The notes beneath the pieces are model-generated. The model was not told the origin of the DNA. It made no database searches and saw only the letters and a program-made list of their open reading frames with translations. A program made the position numbers and the translations under genes. A stretch of 63,923 bases of DNA, the filler included, from Nemertoderma westbladi (Eukaryota > Animalia > Xenacoelomorpha), in assembly GCA_032718475.1 (NCBI GenBank). It is 4 parts of 4 records of this genome, joined end to end, with 100 filler letters (N's around TTAATTAATTAA, not from the genome) between each part and the next. Parts side by side here need not be neighbours in the genome. Positions count along the whole stretch, not along the records: positions 1 to 16,244 come from JAUCBJ010000642.1; positions 16,345 to 41,261 come from JAUCBJ010001509.1; 2 more parts are not named here. One strand, 5' to 3'. This document shows positions 12,500-22,684 of the stretch, piece after piece. The stretch's first letter is position 1. Every line of letters starts with the position of its first letter.

Positions 12500-13080
12500 G
12501 ATAATTGTAGGCTGGACTGTTGTTCTGACTGTTGTTAGGTCTGAACAGATTGCAGTGCATGTAGAGTGTATGTCCGATAAAGTACGGTTAGGAAGTAGGG
12601 GCAGCCAGAGCTGTAAGGTCAACCCCCTCCTAAAGAATAAGTCGTACTACCGTGTTAGAACACATACTAACTAACCATTTCGGAATCTGCATATACTATA
12701 GTTTATTTAGGCTTGATAGTAGTCTGCCAGCGTTTTAGCCTGTGTTTGTTTGTGTGGTCTGTTCAGGTACCGTAATAGTTATTACTCAGATATTTTGTAG
12801 GCTGGATTGTTGTCTAGCTGTTATTAGGTCTGAAGAGATTGCTGCGTGTGTAGAGTCTGTCCGATAAAGTACCAGTTAGTAAGTTGGGGCATCTTGAGTT
12901 GTAAGGTCAACCCCCTCCTAAAGAATAAGTCGTACTACCGTGTTAGAACGCATACTAACTAACCATTTTGGAATCTGCACATACTGTAGTTTATTTAGGC
13001 TTGATGGTAGTCTGCCAGCGTTTGGTTTGTATTTTGTTTGAGTATTCTGTACGGGTAGCGTAATATTTATTATTCAGAGT
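12500..13080 (+). repeat. Tandem duplication, about 290-bp unit x2, in the BEL leader
   Basis: GTAAGGTCAACCCCCTCCTAAAGAATAAGTCGTACTACC at about 12613 and 12901. Confidence 0.9.
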
Positions 13081-14454
13081 TTATGCGATTATTCGCAACA
13101 TTCCTGTCCCCAAGTTTATTCCTACAGTAATTGTGCTTGTTATACATACCGTTATAGTTAAATTAACCCCGGTACTATACGGGCTGCTTGGTGTAGATAA
13201 AGACCGGAGATTTTGTGCTTTGGTCACTCCAGCAGATGCCGTGGTTCTTTTAGCTGTTCAAGTATTTTAACTACTGATTATTTGTTGTACAAGTACTTGT
13301 ACCTAATTTAGGGTTTGGTGTACAGTGCTTTCCGAAAGTAATTAGCGTGTAGGCAGTGTATTGTGTTGTAAAGTGGTTAATAGGCACGTTGGATCTGGTA
13401 GTCCGCGGTAATTAACTTCTAGGTAGGGACACTCCGTGATACATAACGTAGTACCTATAGCGATACGGCTATAGGTCGTCAGACGGTGGTATTTTCCTAT
13501 CTGGACAACACAGTGTATTTACTACTACTTATTATTTTCAAATACCGTAGTATCCTGTCCGTTGTAATAACCAGAAAATCTAACACTCTGTTAGACTGGT
13601 TTATAGTTCCCTGTAAAATTACCCTAAAATTTCGTACGTAATATTTTTGTTGTGTTTAATTAGAGATTTAATCTCACCGTATCGTAAGTAATTCGTAGAT
13701 AAGTAACATAGGAAGTAGAATTATTTGTTTTAGTGTCTAATAAGTAGCACTTCACTGAGAGCGCACAGCTTTTGTGTAGTGATTACTTCCCAGAAATAAT
13801 AACATCTATTTCAATATTGTAACAAAACCCTGATACGGGTATAAATATTCTCAATCCAGCTAAATCTATCAATAAAATAGTAGGCCTGTTATACAACCTT
13901 TAGGTCTTAATATCAGTTGGACTGCTGCTCAAATAACGGTAATAAAGTGAGTAAAGTAACCAAGTAACCCCTAACATTCAGAAATTCAATTATTCTAAAA
14001 TAATTGACATACCGGTATTTACAATAGGCTTATTATATTTATTCTATAAATTTAGGCTGAAATTATACCGGTATTCTGTAATTAATTCCAGTCCAGAATT
14101 ATACTTATATCTACTATAAGTGTAAGCTGTATACCGGTATTCACGATAGGCCTATTATATATTTTTATATATTTGTGCTGAAATTACATACCGGTAGTCT
14201 GTGATAAATCTAGTCTGAAATAATACTTATATATACTATAAGCATACCGGTATTCTAATATATTTTATATATATACCACGTTACACTGAGTAGCAGTATC
14301 GGTAATTAATTATTAGGCTAACAGTGATACTGAATTACTAGACTTACTTTAACTGTATTTATAGCCGTAGGCATTCAACTGTGTAAACAAACATGTCAGA
14401 CGCAACCCAATCACTGTCAGATAGTCTCTTAGAGTAGTCTCTTAGAGTGTTAGA

Positions 14455-16244
14455 ATGAGTATTAGACTTAGACAGCGTATTAAAAGGATCTGTGACCAAG
14501 ATCAAAGTATAGAACATCCTAGATCCAAGTCTAAGTCACCTACTATTGTAAGAAAGGCCATCCCTACAGTAGTAGTGTCAGACCCTAGGCTAGTAGAACA
14601 GCGTAGGTCTATCATCGGCACTCGGGCCCAAGTCAAGCGGGATCAAGAAGCAGCTATCAAACAGCAGCAACCTCCTAGCCAAGAACCTAGTTCTCAGCGG
14701 CCCGATAGCTCCAGTAGTTCGGATACTGTTGAGCGGACGCCCGAACGCGGAGCGAAGATGGCGGATACGGTTTATGATGAGCGGCCAACCTTTGAAGAAT
14801 CAACCGACGCCACTTCTTCTCAAGAAGAAAGTGAAGTGACAGCGGGGGAGCCACGAAAGAGAGACGCTATTGATATTTATCTGTCAGACTATCAGCGATT
14901 CCTAGGAGACGAAGAGTTGAGGAGACGACTGTCTGGACTTCGCCCTAATAGTGAAGGAACCAAGCTTGTGTTGGACGCAATCGATGCGGAAATGTTAGCT
15001 GCGAACCAAGCTAAATTTGATGAACGACTCCGCCTCGCTAGAGTCCAGGAAGAACAAGTAAAGAAAAGACGGATAGAGGACCGAAAGGCAGCAGCAGTAG
15101 CAGAGGCAAGGGCAGTGGCAGAAGCAGAACGGAGAGCGTCTGGGGAGACTACCCAACTGGAGTTGGAAAATCTGCAAGAGACGCAAGACAACATAAATAA
15201 ACAGTTAACTGCTAGTCAAATGCAGATGATGAGCCGATGATGATGATGATGCAGCCGATCTACTCCCAAACGCCAAGAATACACATCATCGGAAGAAGGC
15301 GAGACCACCGATCCTGAAGGCGGAGGAAATAGATCTCGTCTAAGCAGGCGTAGAAAAACATCTCACCGTCACAAATTTCCTGATTTGCCCCCAGCTGTTA
15401 GAAGACAACTAGCTAGCACAGACTTAGGTAGTACAGAACCCACAGACCAAATTATTAAGGTCAAAAGACTCCCTACGATAGTTGATGAGCCTGAAATAAT
15501 TAGGCCTGTCGTTCCCAAAGCCACTCCTGTGCTAGAGACCCCTGTACTTCCAGAGCTTAACTCTAAATTCCCTTTACACAGTACTACACTGCCTGTACCC
15601 CGTAGAACAGTCCATGAGAATATCCCTGTCCTGGACGCTGAGAGAGAAATCAAAGATTTGTCTCCCGTCGTCCCGCGTCTGCCCGCTACAATGTTGGCGA
15701 CTCCCACTTCGGCGGTCGAGTGGGTAGAGGAGGGACGGCGGGGGATGAATCTCCTGCTCGGACAGATGCAGGAGACTGTCCACCAACTCAAGGGAACATT
15801 AAGGGAAAGTAGGGTAGAATTGCAAGAAGTGCAGCAAAGTATCGCGCTAGAACGCGACAAATTAGTCAATATACAAAAGGGTATACCAATACCCCCTGTA
15901 ACATTGTGTCAACCTGTTAGGTCTGAAGTATTACATGCGCAAGGTGTAGAGCCTACACGCATCTATACTGCTAGTGAAGTAGAAACTCCTATAGCAAACC
16001 CTATTAAGGGTGATTATAAACCTGTTGTTGATGATATTCCCTATAGACTTGATAATAATCCGGGAAATTTATATACCGATAATTCGATATTAAATAACAC
16101 GATGGCCCAAGAAAGCTTTACGCGTCAGATGGCTAGAACAGAAGCCCGCCAAGCGGTCAAAGTGGGAGAAATCGTCAAATTCAATGGAGATGAGATGAAA
16201 TGGTTACCTTTTAATGAATATTACAAAGATAGCATACAGAACTC
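14455..16244 (+). pseudogene. BEL/Pao gag N-terminal region (ORFs 14455-15240 and 15385-16244, one frameshift)
   Basis: Coiled-coil and Pro-rich low-complexity sequence leading into the DUF1759-like motif. Confidence 0.65.
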
Positions 16245-16344
16245 NNNNNNNNNNNNNNNNNNNNNNNNNNNNNNNNNNNNNNNNNNNNTTAATTAATTAA
16301 NNNNNNNNNNNNNNNNNNNNNNNNNNNNNNNNNNNNNNNNNNNN
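16245..16344. other. Artificial contig linker
   Basis: Exactly 100 bp of N around TTAATTAATTAA (stops in all six frames). Confidence 0.97.
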
Positions 16345-17745
16345 CAAGTATACAGTGCTTGTACCGGTGACTGCTGCACTGTACTGCTGTACTACAGTAC
16401 TAATATAGCAGTCCCTGCAGCAACAAACTGCCCCAATTTATACAAAGATAGTATTAACTATCTGAATGTTGATATAAATGGAATTCGGAGGCGTATAGTG
16501 ACGTCACGACCAATCACAGATCGTTTTCATATTTTGAATAATTTTTAAACTGAAAACACAAATATCTCGGCTATTTTAACATCTTATTGAATTCTGTAAA
16601 TGCCATTGTGTTTCTGTGATATTATTGCATCTAATTGATCTGGTTTTGAATTTGAGTCGTGAACCCCATTACGTAAACCATTTTGTGAAAAGTACACTAC
16701 TGTATTCAGAATTTTGTAAACCTTCCTCTCTGTGCTCGCTCGGTACTAAAATAGACGCGGGTCATAATGCTGAAATTGTACTTATCACATAGTTTGTTAT
16801 CGTTGTGCTTTTTAACTAATTTGTGGTTGGGTAGCTAATCTTGAATCTGTTGTCGTTTCATTATGAACAGCCTGTACTGTGGTACTGTACTAGTTCTGTT
16901 GGCTTTATGTGTGTTGGAAATTTGAAATCTTCACAAGGGTATTTGTATTTATTACTGGTTTCACTACAAATTTGTTTTGATTTACACTACCAAAACTCGT
17001 ATACCGGTATATGTCTGTAGTAAATGGGCCACTCTACAAACTTAATACAAGCTCAACTGAAGCCGGATGCGACCCAAAGGCTCCTCTTCCGACAGCTGCT
17101 ACCTGAAGGGGTGGGGGCGCTACTCCTATCCCAAGTTTTCCTCCCAGTAATTCAACTGGTCCTTATAAAACCTGCTTAGACAGCAACAATCTGAACTCGT
17201 ATATAATTAGGTTTAATAGCTCTTTTAGTTTTAAAGTTATAACGATTTTCATTTAGGGAGACCTATTGAAATTACTATCACTAGGTCTATTATCTCCATA
17301 TTATCTCTATTATCTTTTTTTAGGAAATTGTCAACTTGAAAACCCTTCTACTTCTACAATTTTTATGCAATTCGTTTTTAATTAGCAATTAATTTATGAG
17401 CAATTTATGTGGGTGTCTACAAAGCAAACCCTGCATAAAAGTATCATTCAACGTTTTGAAATATTTATAGTTAATAAAATTTAATACTATTTATAACAAA
17501 CGTAAAAATTAAGATAAATTTCCAGCGCCACCTAGAGGAGCAGGTTTATTTTCATAAAATTTCGTCTGATAATTTTATTGCCATATCCTTGATCCATCAT
17601 AATAAACAATTTCATGTGATTAAATTAAAACTGTAAAAGCCTTAGGGTTTTAAGAGCAACCAAGTTTTTTATAACATTATTAAAACATATTTACAACATC
17701 AAAATATATATTTCATGTTTCTTCTATCATAATCAGATCTAAACT

Positions 17746-18343
17746 TGTAACGTGCCATAAATGGCATATACTACATGTGACGGGATCTACGGATCCCGAT
17801 TTATCCGTTTGGGTCTTCAATCTACGCGTCCCCGCCGTGTATGTGAAAAGGTTCGTTAAGAGTTCTGATGTTCGGTAATATGTATAAAGCAGTAAAGGTA
17901 TAATATAATTGATATAGCACAGTTGAATGGATGACACGGTTACCGGTAGATAAGTATTACATAAAGTGGCGGTAGCGGACGGTGATAGAAGTTCCCGTTC
18001 CGCCCTGACTGCACTGACTAGCTAAAGTGAATGAATAACATGATTACTGGTAATATATTGCACCGGTTGGCCGCATTACATTACTCAGCCGATGCTTTCC
18101 CCCCATTGGCTAATAACTCACTTCTCACCCTCCCATCTCCCTGGGAGTACTTCCCCCCGCTGCTGTCTCTCTCTCCCTCCCGGTGGTGTAACCTCTGACC
18201 CCCGCTGTGTGTGTTCCCTTTGGGGCCTGTTGTCCCCGCCTATTGGGGTGACACGAGGTTGATTGGTGATCAACCTCGTGCTTCCAATATTGCTTAAAAC
18301 CAACTCTGTGTGGGCCTGGTTAGCGGAATTGAATACGCTAACA
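17746..18343 (-). repeat. 3' LTR (about 598 bp)
   Basis: Minus strand starts TGTTAGCG immediately after the purine tract and ends ..CGTTACA. The distal end is inferred from the terminal inverted repeat only. Confidence 0.7.
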
Positions 18344-18352
18344 CTCCCCCCC
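18344..18352 (-). promoter_or_regulatory. Polypurine tract
   Basis: GGGGGGGAG abutting the LTR TGT, typical of BEL/Pao. Confidence 0.85.
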
Positions 18353-19034
18353 ATGCTATCTTCCCGGTGAGAAGATAGCATCCACCTCTAGTGCGCTACA
18401 ATTCCGCTGGATCTCGACCTAGCATCGAGTGTGGGGTGGAACTATTTTTCTCGGAGCCGGCTTTCCAGACCGCCCCCTATGGGTATGATATCACTACCCT
18501 GTTTACCTGGCGTCCCGTGTCGGGCCGATCGTGCGCTCCTCTCACACGACTTTTGTTTCCCCAACACTTTCACCACTAACTCTACTCTGTTCTCACCCTG
18601 ACTCTCCTCTACTTCTCCTCACTTCCGCTCTAACTCTCGGACTTCCCTGTCCCTCACTCAGCCTCTTATTCCTCCCCCCCCACACTTGAATTGCACCCGC
18701 ACTCTCTCCGCACTACAACTCTACCCCTATCTCTCCCACTCACTCCCGACGAGTTTCACCCCCCTCCTGTGCCGTCGCACTCAAGAAGTGTGATGTCGCC
18801 CAGTGTCTCGTCCGTGATAGTATTATAGTCAATTGGTCCCCAGTCCCAGTAGCTAATTGAGAAAAGGTTGTACGACTATAGTACTTACTTTGATTGTATT
18901 TACTTTCTAAACTAATAATGATTACTACGTACGTACATACTAATTGCACTTTTCAATTATTTAAATTACTTGAATTCGTACTTAGGAGTTCGCACGTCTC
19001 GCGTGGTGCCTTCCAGGCATATCACATCGATGTC

Positions 19035-21704
19035 TTAGTTCGTTCCACCTGCCTTTGGGAACCACCTCAACTCTTTCCCTCTATCGTCCTCCTCCCTTGG
19101 TCGTTTCCTGGTCACTGCCGCTCCTTTGGTCTTGTCTGCTTTCAGGCTCCTGACCCTCGCCGTCACCTCTTTACTAATCCCGGTCGTCGACTCCTTGGGC
19201 GCTGGTGTTATTAGCTCCCGGTATCGCTTCGCGGGTGGCCCCTCCGAGTGGCCCTGTTGTCTCCCCCTGGTGGCGTCCCATAGGATCACTTTCATCGCCC
19301 GCGGCACATGCTCCGCCAAGAAATCCCTGAACTCTCCTCTGTTCTGTGGCGTCCACCTGTCCAAATACCTCTGCGTATTTATCACTCCGGCATACGACGC
19401 CGCCGTCGCCACTTCCTGGTAGGTAAACGGAAGCCTCCGTTTGATAATCTCCATGTGGGCCTCCTGATTGATGTTAAAGAAGCCCCACCGGAACTCCTGG
19501 GCCTTCATGCGTTGCCGAGTCATGGCTCCGACGTCGGCCCACTCCTCGAAGATCCTAAACTTCTCTTCGTCGTCCATCCAGTCGCACTGGCGTCCGTAGT
19601 GTCCCCGAAAGTTGCACTTCGAGCACCGGTTGTGCAACCGTGGACACGCCCCCATCCTGTGGCTCGACTCGCGGCAGTAGAGACAACTAGTCCCTTTCTG
19701 GAACCGGTACAAACAGCTCCTTTCCTGATGGGTCTGTCTCCCACAGTAGTCACAGCCGAGCACCAATGTCTCCCGCCCCACGTCGTCTTTCGTCCCAAGC
19801 GATCTCCGCGGTCTGTGGAGTCGCTGGTAAGCGAACTTCCGGACGTTAGCGTCCCTGTCTACGTCGATCTCCTCGCCCCTCCCGGGCATCGTCTCCCCGA
19901 ATACTACCCGTGGTGCCATCCCCGGTTGCTCGCCCAACCTGATAGTGCTCCCCGCGAAATCCATCGCCGGCTCCTCATGCACCCAGGCCCGCTTGCCGGG
20001 TCTATCCCAGAAGGCCCTCGCCCCGCTGGCTGTCACCACCCTCCCGCCAACCCAGTCCGTGTCCGAGTGGCCGATCCTCCCGATGGGCGGCATCTCTCCG
20101 AACTCGTCGTCGTCCTCGTCCTCCTCAGGCAGTGGCTCCAACCCCGGTATCCCGGTGGACCCACTGTGTCCCTTCCCGCCTTGGCTCTCGCCCGTAACTT
20201 TCCATCCTTCCAGCTCCCCTAGCCTCCTTAGCGGCTGATCGCCCTCGGCGCCCGCTGGTATGGGCGTCATCTGCAATCCCGACGTCGACTGTTTCGGTGA
20301 TCCCACCGTCCATCCTAATTCTCGCCCTAGAGACTCCCCCGAACTCCCTGACGATGTCCAACGAAGTTCGTCTAAGGCCGCCTGTTCCTCGAAGCCGTAG
20401 CTCTGTGCCCTAGCTTCCTCCTCCCTTTCCTCTGCTTCTCTCCTCTCCTGTCTAGCGATTTCTTCCAATCGCTTCGCCTCTCGTCTATCCGTCTCTAGCT
20501 GCTCCCACCTCTGATACGGCGTATCTACCTCCCCGTCTACCAGATGTCGGCTGTTGTAGTACACCGACTCGCCCTTCAGCCCCGGGTGGTCTACCAGACC
20601 CTCGAAAGCTGTCTTAAAGGCTCTTCTGTAGCTTAGGGGTGATCCCGATAATAGGAATGCCGTTGGTTCCCTCTCGATAACCACGGTCATGAATAGGTTA
20701 AGCAAACCCATCATTATCCAGTCCTCCTGTAGGATATATCGCTTCTGATATACCTTTATCGCTCCTCTCCGGAATTGATACACCTCTTGTCTCCCTGGCC
20801 TCGCTCCCCACTTCAGCGAGTTCGCCAAGTCCGCTCCGTACTCCCCTCTGAACTTGCTCCAATCCATCGGTTTGTGACACACGAGCCCCATTAGCTGGCC
20901 CATTGCCACCGCCCCGCAATGTCCTGTGTTCTCCACTAGTCCCAACCCGTCTGGTGCTGTCATAGCCATATAGACCGTCTGCATATCCAGAAGGTTGGGG
21001 GTGTCCGGACCGATGATTCTCTCCGCGTCGTCGCGAATCGCCGATCCCACTTTCGTCGTTGACTTCTCTCTCACTAGGGTTTGCACCGCCTTCGGCAACT
21101 GGTTCAACTTCGGCCCGTCCTTCTTTCCATACGTTCCTAGATCGAATAGGAATATATCCCCATTTGGCGCGGCCAAATGTAGGAGTATGGTTATGGCCGA
21201 CCCCGCCGATCCTCTCCTCGAACCCTCCTCGTCTTCCACGGTCCCCTCATCGTCTAGGACCATGTACCCTTCTCTGCTGACGGACTCTACGAACCTCTTC
21301 CAATCTTTCCTCGGTGGCTCTCTCGCGTACTTCGGAATCCCGAACTTCGCCTCGTCTCCTTTCACCACGTAGTGGAAATGCTCGAAGATCGCGTTGTCCA
21401 GCGACAGCATCCCATAGGTCCCGACCAGCCGCTGTTCGTGCACCTCCCTGAAATGGTCTTGTAGCGCTCGCGCTCCGTGACCTCTCTCTAACCGCTCGTA
21501 GTATCCCCTTGTCTTCTCTTCCGGATGCCTCTTGGTGAAATCCACCAGTATTTCCTTTCCTCCTGACTCCGCCTTTCTCTTCCTGATCAGTTTCCCCGCC
21601 ATTCCGAACTCTCTCACTCGCTCACCTGTAAGGTGGTGCCTTGCCAAGGCGCAGTACAGATGAGTGATAAGTTTAAGATGGTCTGTACAGTTCGACAATG
21701 GCAT
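19035..21704 (-). CDS. Retrotransposon accessory protein: DEDDy (WRN/Mut-7/EXD-like) 3'-5' exonuclease plus three CCHC zinc knuckles
   Basis: Intact ATG-to-stop 889 aa. ExoI VLDDEG, LLHLA..IFLFDL, LPKAVQTLV, ExoII KVGSAIRDD, LLDMQ, ExoIII-like QKRYILQED; CDYC..H..C, CLYC..H..C, CSKC..GH..C. Confidence 0.75.
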   Translation of the reverse strand: MPLSNCTDHLKLITHLYCALARHHLTGERVREFGMAGKLIRKRKAESGGKEILVDFTKRHPEEKTRGYYERLERGHGARALQDHFREVHEQRLVGTYGMLSLDNAIFEHFHYVVKGDEAKFGIPKYAREPPRKDWKRFVESVSREGYMVLDDEGTVEDEEGSRRGSAGSAITILLHLAAPNGDIFLFDLGTYGKKDGPKLNQLPKAVQTLVREKSTTKVGSAIRDDAERIIGPDTPNLLDMQTVYMAMTAPDGLGLVENTGHCGAVAMGQLMGLVCHKPMDWSKFRGEYGADLANSLKWGARPGRQEVYQFRRGAIKVYQKRYILQEDWIMMGLLNLFMTVVIEREPTAFLLSGSPLSYRRAFKTAFEGLVDHPGLKGESVYYNSRHLVDGEVDTPYQRWEQLETDRREAKRLEEIARQERREAEEREEEARAQSYGFEEQAALDELRWTSSGSSGESLGRELGWTVGSPKQSTSGLQMTPIPAGAEGDQPLRRLGELEGWKVTGESQGGKGHSGSTGIPGLEPLPEEDEDDDEFGEMPPIGRIGHSDTDWVGGRVVTASGARAFWDRPGKRAWVHEEPAMDFAGSTIRLGEQPGMAPRVVFGETMPGRGEEIDVDRDANVRKFAYQRLHRPRRSLGTKDDVGRETLVLGCDYCGRQTHQERSCLYRFQKGTSCLYCRESSHRMGACPRLHNRCSKCNFRGHYGRQCDWMDDEEKFRIFEEWADVGAMTRQRMKAQEFRWGFFNINQEAHMEIIKRRLPFTYQEVATAASYAGVINTQRYLDRWTPQNRGEFRDFLAEHVPRAMKVILWDATRGRQQGHSEGPPAKRYRELITPAPKESTTGISKEVTARVRSLKADKTKGAAVTRKRPREEDDRGKELRWFPKAGGTN

Positions 21705-21964
21705 ATTTTCTACTTACTCTTGAGTTATAGCCTAATTTTTCTTATTTATCTTTAATATTTTAATTTAATTCAATCCTACTACTGTGCTACTACTTACTAT
21801 TGCCAATGGATTACTCTACTTCATAATCCACATTCTGGCCTACTCTGTGGGCCTGTGCAGTACAACAGTATGCGTCGCGTGGCCTACACGATTTATCCAG
21901 CTGTACTCATATGCCCCCCTCTGCTAACTAACATTTATATTATATATACCCTTCTACCACTATC

Positions 21965-22560
21965 TCTTACTAATCGGTACTACGTACCCTCTTACTAACT
22001 TCTAACTAACTTCTACTAACCGGTACTACGTACCCTCTTACTAACCTCTAGCTCCACTAACTAACTAACGGTACTACATACCCTCTTACTAACCTCTAAC
22101 TCCACTAACTAACTAACGCTACTACGTACCCTCTTACTAACCTCTAACTCCACTAACTAACTAACCGGTACTACGTACCCTCTTACTAACTCTAACTCTC
22201 TCCAACCAACTAACGGTACTACGTACCCTCTTACTGACCTCTAACTCCATTAACTAACTAACCGGTACTACATACCCTCTTACTAACCTCTAACTCTACT
22301 AACTAACTAACCGGTACTACGTACCCTCTTACTAACTAACTAGCGGTACTACGTACCTTCTAACTACTTAACTAACTAACGGTACTACGTACCCTCTAAC
22401 TACTAACTCTTACTAACTAACGGTACTACGTACCCTCTAACTACTAACTCTTACTAACTAACGGTACTACGTACCCTCTAACTACTAACTCTTACTAACT
22501 AACGGTACTACGTACCCTCTAGCTACTAACTCTTACTATCTGCCTAACTCTTACTAACTT
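21965..22560. repeat. Tandem array, about 13 units of mostly 41-49 bp (GGTACTACGTACCCTC..ACTAAC), between pol and the extra ORF
   Basis: GGTACTAC anchors spaced mostly 48-49 bp, then 41 bp. Confidence 0.9.
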
Positions 22561-22684
22561 CCATCTGCCTACTTACTCTTTCTTTATTTATTATTTTTTT
22601 TATATATTTTATGTGTGGGAAGGGCGTCTCGCCCTCAATCCCACCCCCCTCAGTCCAAAACTTGGACGACTAAACTCTACTCGT

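Larger units (their letters stand above)
10883..16244 (+). mobile_element. BEL/Pao LTR retrotransposon 5' half (LTR, long leader, gag), cut by a linker
   Basis: Starts TGTAAAAGC at the RTE junction; gag ends in the DUF1759-like KFNGDEMKWLPF. The inner LTR boundary is not resolved. Confidence 0.65.

Noticed and set aside
16289-16300. TTAATTAATTAA as a piggyBac site or biological motif
   Set aside because: Identical 100-bp N-flanked spacer occurs three times; an assembly linker.
17522-17538. CTCF-like motif CAGCGCCACCTAGAGG
   Set aside because: Single short match, common in repeats; cannot be supported from sequence alone.
19308-20222. 304-aa + strand ORF and other antisense ORFs over pol and RT genes
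   Set aside because: Shadows of GC-rich coding sequence on the other strand, with no motifs.
19035-21704. Extra ORF as an envelope gene
   Set aside because: No signal peptide, TM anchor or fusion-protein pattern.
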